A DNA stretch of 59,633 nucleotides, the filler included, from Circinaria calcarea (Eukaryota): assembly GCA_051942165.1 (NCBI GenBank). It is 9 parts of 9 records of this genome, joined end to end, with 100 filler letters (N's around TTAATTAATTAA, not from the genome) between each part and the next. Parts side by side here need not be neighbours in the genome. Positions count along the whole stretch, not along the records: positions 1 to 6,548 come from JAVECS010001556.1; positions 6,649 to 13,190 come from JAVECS010001557.1; 7 more parts are not named here. One strand, given 5' to 3'. The notes under the pieces were generated by a model. It had not been told where the DNA came from and did not search any database. It saw nothing but the letters and a program-made list of their open reading frames with translations. Positions 1 to 12,379 of this stretch are shown here, in pieces; position 1 is the stretch's first letter, and every line of letters begins with the position of its first letter. The translations under genes and the position numbers were made by a program.

Positions 1-341
1 TCTTTGGGGGGAGGGAGGGAGGTAAGTCACGATCATTCGATGTTTATTTGTTTACAGTCGCGCATGTAGTTCGTACTGAATATATGTGTATTCAGCCACG
101 GTAAGGTAGGTAATGTGATTGTATGTACAGTGTTTGTAAGATTTAGTCAGTCCCATGAGGGAGTGAACCGGCAAAAAGAAATAAAGGGAGGATAATAGGA
201 ATAAGTACAACGAATAGACGAACGATACGGAGGAATATATATACATCTGAACACAAGGTAGTGATTATCGCAATACCTCTGACATGAACAATACTTGAAC
301 CTTTACCCAGCTCTCTCCCGTACCAACGACCACCCATCCCA

Positions 342-1698
342 TCAGATAGCATTGACATGATTCGTCACCAAAGTCGTGTGATCCAAAGTACCATAGTAAA
401 TCGTAAATCCATCGTCCGGCGTTTTCCCGGTGCTGAGATTGTCGCCGTACTGCCAGAACATATCGCCCGCCATCCCGGTGCCTTTGGCCGAGAGAGCCGT
501 GTTTTGCCATTTCCCTTCAACACCGGCGTGGTCGGTGGTGGAGCCGTATTCTTCGACGATGCAAGGTTTGTTGGCGGCTTTGCAGGCGGAGGCGTGTTGG
601 GTGATCCAGGTGTTGCCCCAGTCGTTGCTTTCGCCCCCTTTTCGGAGAAAGTAATTAGTAAAACAGAAGATGCTTCCAGAGGGGCGGGGGGTTTAGCGAC
701 TCACATGCGGCAGGGTACAGGTGGTAAGTACCAAAATCGAGCGTGGAGATGGCCAAGTTCTTGACGAAATCAACGCCTTCGCTCCCCTGATACGGGTAGC
801 TGCCGTCACCCCCGGATGCAAACCAGCCTTCATCACCAAGGGCAACCATATGCCTCGAGTCGAGGCTCTTGATGTAAGCCGAGGTTGAGGATGCCCAGTT
901 GGTGATGACGCTTGTTGCGCATCCCGAGCAGCGGGCTTCATTGGCAAGTTCCCATGCGAAGATTGCCGGGCTGTTGGCGTAGCGACTGACGACAGCTTTG
1001 ATGTATGCCCTGTACTGTGCTTGGATGGGCGCAGAAGTGTACCAATCATTGTGCGCGCCACCGTAAAACGTGGAGTAGGCAGCCATGCCGCCATAGTCAC
1101 TCCAGTTGTTGACAAAGTTGATGATGAGCTTGATGCCATGTACCTGTGCTGACGCGACCACGTAGTCCAGGCGTTGTAGACCATTGGCGCCGGTGTTGAT
1201 GACCGGTCTTTGGCCGGCCACGAACGACTGATACCACACAGTTCCACTTCCGGGAGTGGAGGAGACATCATTGAAACCCCAGACACGGAGCACCTTGAGA
1301 CCAGACGTTCGCAAGTGGGACATGACGAGGTCAACATCGGCGTGGTTGGTTAGGAAGCCAATCCAGTAGGCATTGGTACCGGCGAAGTACTTGGTGACGC
1401 CGTCAATGTTGAAGAGCATCCCGTTCTTTGAAGGAAAGGAACCCCGATCCGAACTTGGGGAAGTTGGAGCCGGGGGTGGCGGCTGGACAGAGGTTGGGGC
1501 TGGTTTGACAGAGGTCACCATTGTGGTTGGCGTACCAGAACCGGGAACGCACTGCGAATAATACTGATTCTGAACCGAACAGTAAGAACCCGAAACACAA
1601 GTGGTGGGGCCGGTCCATGACTGGCCTCCACACTGGTCATACAAGGCTTGTTGGGCAGAAGCCGCTGCGACTAAGGAAAGAATGAGAGTGAACTTCAT
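342..1698 (-). CDS. Secreted endo-1,4-beta-mannanase, GH5 subfamily 7, with N-terminal CBM1 and Pro/Ser/Thr linker; one intron (638-704)
   Basis: Signal peptide [18 protein letters not shown]1 ([29 protein letters not shown]); GH5 motifs [16 protein letters not shown]. After the GTGAGT..AAG intron the frame continues [22 protein letters not shown] to TGA at 342-344. Confidence 0.93.
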
Positions 1699-2421
1699 AC
1701 TGATAAGCCCGCAGCTGGGCAAAGGGTCGCAAAGAAAAAGAACGAGTGAAAGAGCGGTGACAGAAGAAAGCGGGCAAGATTGAACATCTTGAGCGTTATA
1801 TGGGAAGAGACAGCTTGGCGCCGGCGGGATGGTAAGCGAGGTGCTGGATGCTCGGTGCAGCAGCTATTATCTAGTCCTGGAGAATATGGTATAGGGATCC
1901 GTCCAAGACATGAGACCGGACATCTCGTTCCCTCAACGCTCCTCATATTAAAGTCCGCCTCCAGAGGACGGAGGCTCGAACGGGAAGTTCGAAGTTAAAC
2001 GAGTTTGAATGCAGCCGGGGTAGCCCTCGGTTGGCGTGGGGGATCTCTGATTGGCCCCAACTGACACTCAGACCCTTGGCGACCTTTCAATCCGAGCAAC
2101 TTGTCCCGATCAGACGGGTACTCCGTACCTGAGCCCTGACGACGGCAATGCGTGCATGACACTCGGCAATCATTGTAGCGGTCGATGACTGGGACGGCGG
2201 TCCAAGATAACCGCGTTGACCCCTCCACGTCTGCAGGCAAGCCGGATGCCTTAATCACCTTTGGAGAGTAAAGGCCGCCGCGGGGCTTCAATTGTCTGGA
2301 TGATGACCGTTTGGTGTGGGTGGTCGCTTGAGACATGGTAGCGCCCTGCAGGGATCTCCTCGCTTGGAGTCGGAGTTGAGAGCGGAGAACTTTGAAGGGC
2401 AGGTCCCCGTTCGGCGTGAAA

Positions 2422-4493
2422 ATGGAGGAGAGCTCTCTGCGGGACCTTTTCCCTTCGAGCTGGAGCGGCGGACTATGGGCCGGACTGTCTTTGGCCATCA
2501 TAGCAACGGCCCTCTTTTGTCTCCACTTCCAACATACCGTTTTCAACAACGAAGACGATCGTCCCGTGCACTTTACCGTTCCCATCCCCGAGCCGTGCAA
2601 GCCAGGATGGGAGGGGAAGGTGCTGGAGAGACCAACTGTAAAGGTGAGTCACCTTCATTTGATAGTACGTGAAGTCCGGAGGTGGAGGATGGATGAATTG
2701 GCAACTGACCGAGGCGATTGATATAGGTCTCCGGTACAAGCGCCATACAATGCTACTGCCCCGCCAATGGTCGATTGCTCGGCCAAGTGAACCCAGCAAC
2801 GCCTGATGGTATTGATCGAGCCATTGCCAAAGCTCGGGAGGCGCAGGCAGAATGGGCAAAGACAACGTGGGGCCAGAGGAGAAAGGTGCTGAGGACGATG
2901 TTGGGGTTGGTTCATACCCCTCGATGTAAAGCGAAGTGACCATCAGGTTCTGACCACGAATATTCAACTAGCTATATTCTCGCGAATCAAGAAACCATTG
3001 CGAGGGTAGCATGCCTTGATTCCGGCAAAACAAAGATCGATGCTAGCTTCGGGGAGATATTGGTTACGGCAGAAAAGTTGAAATGGACAATCCAGCATGG
3101 GGAAAAAGCGTTATTGCCAGAGCGACGGCCTACGAATTTCCTGATGGCGTACAAGTATAATGAAGTCAGGTGGGAGCCGTTGGGGGTAGTTGCTGCCTGT
3201 GTGAGCTGGAAGTAGGTTCTTAAGAGCCTTCAAGCCTATGCGGAGATGGGAGACTGATATGTTGCAGTTATCCAGTAAGCCCACAAATCACTGATGGTCA
3301 ATTGCTCGGCTAACCACGACTATTAACAGTTCCACAACCTCATGGGTCCTATCATTTCCACCATCTTCACCGGCTCTGCTATCATTGTCAAGTCGTCCGA
3401 ACGTACTGCCTGGTCGATGAAATACTTTAGCTCTATTACCCGTGTGGCTCTCGCAGCTTGTGGTCATTCGCCAGAACTCGTCCAAGCCATTGTCTGCTGG
3501 CCCCAAACGGCTAACCACCTGACATCTCATCCGGAAGTTAGCCACATCACCTTCATCGGCTCTCGACTGGTCGCCCATGCCGTTTGCGCGTCCGCTGCCA
3601 AAGCCTTGATACCGGTATGCGTAGAGCTGGGCGGCAAAGATCCAGCGATCATCTTGGACGATGTGAAAACGGTGGATAAGGTGGCTAGCATCCTTATGCG
3701 TGGAGTTTTCCAATCTGCGGGCCAGAATTGCGTCGGTGTCGAACGGGTCATCGCCCTGCCAACTGCTTACAGTAAGCTCGTCCAGGTGCTCAAACCTAGG
3801 ATCCGCAACCTACGTGTTGGCTCCGCTCTTGACGATGAAGACAATGTTGACGTCGGTGCCATGATCTCCTCGGAGTCGTTTGACCGCCTAGAAACCTTGA
3901 TCGCAGACGCCGTCACTGAGGGCGCGAACCTCCTTGTGGGAGGTAAGCGTTATATTCATCCCAAATACCCGCACGGACATTACTTTCAACCAACGCTCCT
4001 AACCGACGTCCTCCCATCCATGCGTATAGCTTCTGAAGAACTTTTTGCTCCCGTCTGCGTTCTCATGCATGCCTCCTCCGTCACTGAAGCTATCAAAATT
4101 GCCAATGATACACCGTACGCACTCGGTGCCAGTGTCTTTGGCACTTCCCGACCAGATCTTGATGCGGTAGTCCACGGAGTGAAGGCAGGCATGGTCAGCG
4201 TGAATGACTTTGCAGTCTACTACGCCGTGCAACTTCCCTTTGGCGGCGTCGGAGGAAGTGGATACGGCAGATTCGCAGGCGAGGAAGGATTGAGGTCGAT
4301 TTGCAACACGAAGAGCGTGTGTCGGGATCGATGGCCGAGTTTGGTGGGAACGAGTATTCCAAAGGCATTGGATTATCCGATCAAGAGCGGGAGGAAAGGA
4401 TGGGAGGTGTGCAAGGGAGTTGTCGCGTTAGGGTATGGGGAGGAGATAGGGGAAAGGATGAAGGGGGTGTGGAAGATTGTGAGGAATGGGTAG
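2422..4493 (+). CDS. MSC7: Msc7-like aldehyde dehydrogenase with N-terminal membrane anchor; 4 introns including a 7-nt micro-exon
   Basis: N-terminal TM segment; WNYPFHN (assembled across a micro-exon), FIGS, ELGGKD, catalytic GQNC, EELFAP, PFGG..SGYGRFAGEEGL. Confidence 0.88.
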
Positions 4494-4878
4494 AAAGATG
4501 TAGAAATAGACAGACAGCAGTTGCATGTAGAGGCTGTAGATGATAAACACGCATTACACGTATTACACGTACGCGAAAAGCATCCGGGTCAGGTGAACCA
4601 GCAGGAAAGAATGGCAACGTCTACAATGGGGTATCATTTTCGCTGCTGCTAACCGTCCAGAAACCAAAAGCGCGTCCCCCATCATTCTCTCGCGCATGAC
4701 AACCCCCATTACAGCTTCTCTCCAACACACGTCGCACGCAACAGACGAACAGACAAACAATCAAACTGGTATCATCGCGCGTTCTCTTCTATTCCCCTCC
4801 CTCCATCAAACAAACACGTCCACGTCCTCAATCCCCATCCGAACGCGTCCGTCTCAGCATCAATGAGAGTGAGAGGGG

Positions 4879-5127
4879 TCAGACGGCGCTCCGGCCGCCC
4901 CTCCTCCGACGCCCGCCGCGTCCGCACGTCAGGCACGAGATGATGATGTCGAACAGGGAGACGATGCCGGCGATGATGGCTTGCAGGACGCTACCGATGC
5001 CGTTGACAATGGCCATGAGGCAGGCGCCGATGGTTTGGAAGACGGATTTGATCTTGGTTTTGAGATGTTAGTTGGAATGGGGAAACGGGGGGATGGGGGA
5101 ACGCACGCATGATAAGACGGCACCCAT
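4879..5127 (-). CDS. Small (64 aa) membrane protein MGAVLSC|IKSVFQTIGACLMAIVNGIGSVLQAIIAGIVSLFDIIISCLTCGRGGRRRRGGRSAV; absent from the ORF track
   Basis: AAAATGG start; 21-nt exon 1; GTGCGT..CTAAC..CAAG intron (5053-5106); open exon 2 with C-ending codons to TGA at 4879. Confidence 0.8.
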
Positions 5128-6548
5128 TTTGAAAGGTGTTAGGTATTTATGAGGATGGCCTGGGAAGCGGGTTTGTGAGGGTGATGGGTTGATTATGTAG
5201 GTGTATGTGGTAAGGGAGATGGGTTTGCGCGTGTAGGGTGAGGGTAGGTGAAGTAGGTTTGGTGTTTGTGTTTGTGTTGAAAGGAGGGAAAGAGAAGTGA
5301 ATGGAAGTAGAGGGTTTAATCCGAGTAGAAATCTGAGAGGTGGTCCGCGCTTTGGGTATAACCGATATTTCCCTACGTCTGGTAAGGGGCGGCAAAAGGT
5401 TCCTGCTCGATTCGAATCAAACTTCCTTTTCCCTTAACTCGTAAACACCATTTGTTTGCTGGGGACGTTTTACTCTGCAATGGTACTGAAGAGATTCCTC
5501 GGCGATTTTGCTCCAAAAACAAAGAGAAACCTCCAACCTTCATATACTGTTTCCCGTTTCCCCCGTTCCAAATCCACACCCTAGAATCTCTCACCAGCCA
5601 CACTTGTTTGAACGCCCATCACATCATTCCCCCCCGTACCCTTTCCCGATCTCCCGATCTTCCAAAGGAAAACCTGGAATGATCCAGGTACGTACCGTAA
5701 GCGGTTTCCGAGACACCTCTTTGCGCCGAGAATATTGACACTTGACGCGCCCCAGCGGGTATTCCGGAAAAGTAAGCCCAGAAAGAGAGAGAGATTGACC
5801 CTTCTAGCGCACCTACTAAGACACCCCTCAAGTGGCTCAAGCATCAATCTAGTAAGGATCATCGCCCATGTCCCCCGTCGCAAACCTTATCCAGGCAATT
5901 GAGGTTGATGATGTGGCTGTGCACAGCCACTGTCGGAGGTTGCCGGCTGGACCCTTGTGGAGAATGGGGGGGATGTGACGGAGCGTTGGACACTGGGGGA
6001 TAAGAGATCAGCAGAGAAAATTGCTTCTTCGAGGACGTCACAGCCACAAATCCCTTGCTTTACTAGGGTGTTAGATGCGCGGGACGTTTTGAAGTGGCTG
6101 GTGAGCGCCAAATCCTACATCGAGATGTGATGTGACAGCAGTACTACTACTACTACTGCTACTACTGCAGTCAAGAGTGACATTGCACTCGATCAGGCAG
6201 AGATCAGAACACGATCAACAGTCGGCTGATACTTTGCCGTGTCCTCCGCTGTGGCTGTGCGGGCATGCCAGTAGCTGCGAACTAGGTACAATATCAAGAG
6301 GAGAATCGTACTCGACTAAAATCGTGTAAGCGAGTACCTACGCACGTCACAACGGCATTAGTAGCGGAATCTTCAGAGAAGCTAGAAATGCACATTTGGT
6401 CTCCGCCATTGTAATCTACCGCATTATCCACTCAGTCAGTTGAAACCCTCTCCCTCCGGCGTGACTCGGTCTACAACCACTACGTTCCTGGCTCAGGCCC
6501 AAATTATCGAAGTATCTATTCGACTTTCCTATTATTCCCCGCCTGAAC

Positions 6549-6648
6549 NNNNNNNNNNNNNNNNNNNNNNNNNNNNNNNNNNNNNNNNNNNNTTAATTAA
6601 TTAANNNNNNNNNNNNNNNNNNNNNNNNNNNNNNNNNNNNNNNNNNNN
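6549..6648. other. Artificial contig linker (N44-TTAATTAATTAA-N44)
   Basis: Identical 100-bp spacer with stops in all six frames. Confidence 0.99.
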
Positions 6649-6903
6649 AATCATACACGCCTGCAAGAACGATTGCGATAGAAATTTGATGTATTTTGTT
6701 ATAAATTCAGGATTTTCCCAATGTAAATTAGTAAATATACTAGTGATTAGCCTATTATTTAACCCTTGCAAGCGGGGAATCGCAGCTTCCATAATCGCTC
6801 CAGAATCGTGCAACCGAACACCTTTTCAAAATCGGCGAAAATCGATTTGGCAAAATCGATTTCGGAAATCGATTCCAATAATCGGGGGTCGCCGAACAGG
6901 CCC
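6649..6903 (-). mobile_element. Possible terminus of a PIF/Harbinger-type DNA element, cut by the contig start
   Basis: Minus strand reads TAA|GGGCCTGTTCGG, resembling Harbinger/Tourist TIRs with a TAA/TTA target. Repeated AATCGATT subterminal motifs and AT-rich interior. Only one end is visible. Confidence 0.35.
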
Positions 6904-7431
6904 TTAACCTATCATTACCAGGTCAATATGACTTGCGTGCACTAATTAACAATCCAACACTCCATCTAAAATCCGTAAGAGTTACATTCCCAAACGGATC
7001 CGCAATACGCAAAGATTTTAGAGGCTAGGGTTTAACAATCCAATCAATCTGGGGGAGGGTGAGTGAATCATGCCTCGAAAGAGCGAGCGCCTAAAAATAT
7101 ACCTGGGTTTTTGTCCCATCAATCCGATTATCTACCACACTTCCCCATATCTTCCAATGTAGGTCACTAGATGAGGTGTTGCGGTCGGTTGAGGCTACTG
7201 TTGTCAGCGCGGCATGATTCAAGCCAACCACCACAAATTATGGATCCTGATAGCATAATTCCCCTCGACGTGCCTAGAAGCAACACGTGGTGTTTAGGCC
7301 GTAGTGCTTAAAGGTAGAACTCGTTTCTTTACGTTCATTATCGCAATACGGGAGGAAGAGTACAGCTGCTTTGCTCGGTTGATGGCATGCTCAGTAACAG
7401 ATCTATTGCCAGCAAATATATAGGCCTAGTT

Positions 7432-8842
7432 TTAGCTCCTTGTCTTGACTACTAGCCCGGTCTTGGCGATCCGAGCAGCACCAATGATAGCCGATGATGC
7501 TAAGAGCATCACACCACACCAAATGATGAGGCCAACCCAATTCTGAGAGCCCCCAAGAATGACTCCAGCAACCGGCCCACCAATGAGTACGCCAAATCCG
7601 ATGAAAGCAAAACTCATACCCAAACGAGTGCCCAAAACCCTCTTATCAAGTGACACGCTAGCTATAACTGGAATAGGTAGAGATACAAATGGTCCAGAGA
7701 AGAAACCATAGAGCGTGGTGAAAGCTATAACAGCGCGGGATGTCTTGATAGCCAGCAGACAGAAAGATAGTATCCCCGTTGCAACACCGAAGAAAACCTG
7801 TGTGTTCATAGGTCCAAAATAGCCAGCGGCATAATTGGGCAGAAGGCGACCAAAGAAGGAGGCCGCATTTAGGATTGCAAGAAGATAGAACGCAAGGCCA
7901 GGCTCAGTACCAGTAACTTGGATAGCATAAAGTTGGATATAGTAGTATAAGACATAGAGACCCAAGAAACCGATGAAAAAGCCAATACAGGAAAGCAGGT
8001 ATGGTACGTCTTTGAAGGCGTGAAGGTCGATCAAAGCACGTCTCGTTGCGGAAGGCGGGTTCCGTAGTTGCATAAGGGCTACTGCAGGCAGCATGGTACC
8101 GAGGATCATAAAACCCATAATACGAACTGTCCAACCGAAGCCAATTCGGGGGGTAAGCTGGTTCAAGAGTATAGGGTAAATGACAGCGCCTAGCCAACGG
8201 TGAGTAGTGTTCATTCAAGGAGGTAATTCTACAAGACTCACCAATACTAGATCCCGTAGTTGCGATGCCAACAGCGAAGGAGTTCTTGGTAGAAAACCAT
8301 TGAGGCACAATTGCGGAAGCTGGCATAAAAACAAAACCAAATCCAACGCCCACTACGATTGCCTGGGCGAGAAAGAATTGCCAATAAGTGTGGCAAAGAC
8401 TTAGCATCATCATGCCGAAGACGCTGACGACAATGCCGATGACGAGGAGGAAACGAATATGACCAGCGTCCCAGATAGGCCCGGTGAAGATTGTCGTAAC
8501 ATAGCAGAGGAGAAACTGAACGGAGCCAATCCAGGAGATATTAGAGGAGGATTCGGAACGGAGGATATCTATCTCGTAAATGGTCTGAAACTGTCCATAC
8601 GTGTTGAGAATACCGAGAACGTTGAAGAAGATCAGCCAGGAACAGATGACTTGCACCCATGCCGCAAGACCTCCGTCTGGGGGAGGTTTGGGTGGCATGG
8701 GAGAAGATGTCGAGTTTCCATCGCGTGGGCTACCATGCTCGAGGGATTGTAGCGGAAGAGTAGATTTCTCGCGCGTCTTCGAGGTCTTTGGTGCAATAGA
8801 AGTATGTGAACGCTCTCGGCTAGACTCTTTTTCGGACATCAT
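7432..8842 (-). CDS. MFS monocarboxylate (MCT-family) transporter; one intron (8190-8241)
   Basis: PPDGGLAAW, ISWIGSVQ, QWFS, GSSIG|GAVIYP, GTRLGM motifs; about 12 hydrophobic segments; two ORFs joined by a GTGAGT..CTAG intron. Confidence 0.92.
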
Positions 8843-9212
8843 CTGAATAACTTTTCAATTTTAGGAGAGAGAGTACTTTAACGGCGTAACGACTTAGAAA
8901 TCTGTAGAAATGGTCCGACAGTGCTCGGGGAGATTTTGGCGAAGAGAAAGGTCGACAAAGGATGAGAAGAAGGCCATTGTGACGTGACGGGTATAGGGAA
9001 ATAAGAAGTGAGCTCTAACTCCGCACATAGGGCTGTGGTCGGAGATCTTCCGAGGTCCGAACGCGGGTAGATAAGGGACTGTCGATCTCTCGGAAAGCCC
9101 ATGCGATGCTACTTCGGCGCTGGAAAAGGATTCGGACCATCCCGAATCAAACATTATTCCCGAATCCAACGACGATCTGTTACGACAGTTAACTGTATCC
9201 ACATAAAATGCG

Positions 9213-9300
9213 CCACCACACTAGTCCACCACGCTAGTCCGCCACGCTAGTCCGCCACGCTAGTTCACCACACTAGTTCATCACACTAGTCCATCACACC
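9213..9300 (+). repeat. 13-bp tandem repeat (consensus CCACCACRCTAGT) x ~6.7 in the divergent MFS/P450 promoter
   Basis: ccaccacactagt/ccaccacgctagt/ccgccacgctagt x2/tcaccacactagt/tcatcacactagt/ccatcacacc. Confidence 0.95.
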
Positions 9301-9751
9301 ATCAGGGTGAAAGGGACGATGTCGCTTATTCATAACATCCGCGCTTCAAGGGACGTTAAGCAGAATGTCGATCCCTTCACCGCTGCGATCCTCTGGTCAG
9401 GATCTCCACTGGGACTCTGCAATGCTATCCTTCCATTGAGGATACGCTGGGACCCAGGTAACTGAGTGAATATGAAAAAGCAAAACCTTGAAGAGATAGG
9501 GGCTGAGGGTAGGTCCGACTCAGACCCGTACTTTCATGCCGAACATGAGATATTCGTGAACCGGGGTCACTGGCCCTCTTGATTGAGTGACGTTTGTGAT
9601 TCGCAAGTGTTAAAGTACGAATATTTATAAGCTCATGTTAAGACTCGTTTGTGGAGCATGCTATGAAGATTGAATAATTCTGCTTCGTTTATGGTAATTC
9701 TACACTCAAATAGTACATCCATCCTATCGATAAACGAACGCAACGTTGAAT

Positions 9752-11528
9752 ATGATGTTAAACAATTTTGCCATGCCTGACGCCTCTCATATGTCTACTA
9801 CCTATCTTACTGCGATTTTGACGATTTCTACATTCGTATGGCTGGCCAAAAATCGCTTCAACAAGGGCCTGAACAAGCTACCAGGTCCCTACCTTGCTTC
9901 TTTAACTAACTGGTGGCGTCTATTCTACGTTCTTGTTGGCCGACGCCAAGATCAAGTTCAGAACCGTCTCCACGAGCAGTACGGAGACGTAGTCCGGTAT
10001 GGCCCTAACATCGTGAGCTTTGCAAACCCGAAGGCGATTAAGGATATATATGGAATTGGTAAACCTTTAACCAAGGTATGCCTGATCCGCAAGTACTTGG
10101 CTGGCTACTTTTCAAGACTAACCAGCCGCTTAGTCGGAATACTATCTCCCTTCGCAAGCCATGAGTCAAGGCCGTGCCATGCCAGCGCTCTTCACCATGC
10201 TCGAAAACAAGCCTCACGCTCAGCTGAAGCGCACCCTTACGAGTGCTTTTAGTGGGTCCTCTATCGTAAGTCTCGAGCCACTTGTCGACCCGGTGATCGT
10301 ACGGTGGGCAGAGCAGACAAAGAAGATCTATGTTGAAACAGGCCAAGTCTGCGACTTTGGTCTCTGGCTACAATTCTTCGCCTTTGATGTGGTCACAAAC
10401 CTTACGTATAGCAAGACGCACGGCTTTGTTGACCAACATAAGGATGTGGACGGGATCGTTGCCTGGCTCGGCTGGATGTTTAGCTACACATCTGTCGTAA
10501 GTGCTCTCTTCGTCTTCGGCGTCAAAGGAGCGATTTTGTTATCCTAATCTCCTCATCTAGGTGGGCCAGATTCCTTTTCTCGATCAGTTGCTCAATAAAA
10601 ATCCCATTCAGCGCTTTCTGGAATGGACGGGTCTCAGCGCACCCTGCTTCCCGACGGTAATCTTTGCCAAAAAGCGCATGGCCGAACGTACCTCCACCGA
10701 CCCGGCCCTTATCCCCACGCAATCAGGCATGCGTCAAGATCTCCTGACGCAACTCATTCAATCCGGCAAGCAACATCCAAAAGTCCTTACGGATAAGATG
10801 ATCCTCACCACAGCAGTCAGCATCGCCTTCGCTGGCTCAGACAATACTGCCGTTACTCTATCCGCCATTTTCTACTATCTTCTCAAAAATCCCCGCACAT
10901 ACCGAAAGCTGCTAGCGGAACTTGATGACGCTGCTGCTCATGGCCGCATACCTACCGATCCATCCACCCTCATCACCTGGGAGCAAAGCCAAGCCCTCAC
11001 CTACTTCAACGCGGTGGTCAAAGAAGCTATGCGCCTGTACCCCTCTGTGGGCGGCATCCTCGAGCGTGTCACCCCGCAAGGCGGCGCGGAGATCATGGGA
11101 AAGTGGTACCCAGGTAGTACTATTGTCGGCTGTAACGCATGGGTAATACACCAGCGGCAAGAGGTATTCGGCAAAGACGCGGCCGACTTTAGGCCGGAGC
11201 GGTGGATCGACGGTGATCCCGATACGATCAAAATGATGAACAACAACTTCTTCGCATTTGGAGCCGGCAGTAGAGCTTGCCTCGGGAGGAATATCAGCCT
11301 GTTGGAAATTGGAAAGGCGGTGCCGGTGTGGCTGCGGATGTTCGATGTGTGTATATCACTTTTTTTATCTTGTGTGTATGGAATGCTGATATCGTGGATG
11401 TGTAGATTACACTTGCGGATCCTGACAAGGAATGGACAATCCACAACTCTTTTGTCGTCAAGCAACACGACTTTAATGTTCGTTTTACAATGAGGCAGTA
11501 TAATCGAAACGAGAAGGAAAAAGCGTAA
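9752..11528 (+). CDS. Cytochrome P450 (pisatin-demethylase-like group); 3 introns (~10076-10133, 10496-10560, 11348-11405); true start may be 9773 or 9791
   Basis: N-terminal TM + LPGP; YGDVVRYGPN; FFAFDV; I-helix AGSDNT; EAMR; PERW; heme motif FGAGSRACLG. Confidence 0.93.
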
Positions 11529-12379
11529 ATTGGCTTATCTTAAAGGCCTTGAATAGAGAGCCTCAAAAGTAGAGCTTATCTCTCGGCTCGAGAGTCATTA
11601 GCCGATTTCATTGTTTGAGTTTGCTTTTTCTCGGAGAAATTCATAGCACTACAAGAAGGGCCGTCGCTGCTTTGCTCCCTCGTGCTCCCTTTTGCTCTCC
11701 CTCATGCTCCCCCACACTCCTTCGGGTGCCAGCTCATCTTCCCTCCATCTAATATCTTCGAGCGACATTGAAACGAAAGCCATCAAACCCCCCCCCCCGG
11801 GGGATATGAGATGCTAATTACAAACCAGGCCCGATTTTCTGGCTCTCACTTCCCATTCCCTTTTCCTTATCCTCTAATCATCATCATTCACTTCCTGATT
11901 CTTTGACCTTCTTCCCCCTTTAACCTCGTGATCCGTTGCGTCCTTTTCATACAAACAGCAACTCACTACCTGGTTTTCCGTTCTTATTCTCTTTCACCAT
12001 CTTTGCTAGCTTCTCGCTTTCTTGATACGTTTTTTCGCGTTTTTTAAATCTCACACAGCTCTTCTCGAACCTACAACTTGTCATATTTCGCTTTCCCACC
12101 CCCAGTAGCCTCGGAGGAAAAGAAAAAAAAGGAAACCGTCTCGCTGAATTCTTTTGGATGGATGCCGAGACGAAACGGATTGGAACAACCTTTCAACGAA
12201 GCGAATATTAACTAATAACAAGGTCCTCGAAAAGGGGCCTGGAGTCTGCTACAGAGATAAATTAATAAGCGCATGTAATATTTCTTAGGATAAATAAGGT
12301 TTTCGGGGCCCTTCTATTCGATAGTTTGGTAAATCTTGGAAAAGGCATCCGCGAAGAATATATTTCGATAGATTTTTTT

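Noticed and set aside
1550..1655. N-terminal rather than C-terminal CBM1 on the mannanase
   Set aside because: Both arrangements are known in fungal GH5_7 enzymes.
1995..2967. 201-aa and 164-aa minus-strand ORFs
   Set aside because: They overlap the ALDH promoter and exons on the antisense strand and have no recognisable motifs.
6142..6168. (TAC)n tract giving a poly-Leu signal-like ORF
   Set aside because: Ordinary microsatellite.
6593..6604. TTAATTAATTAA recurring about every 6.6 kb as a periodic element, and ORFs ending in X..LIN
   Set aside because: Synthetic six-frame-stop linker within N padding.
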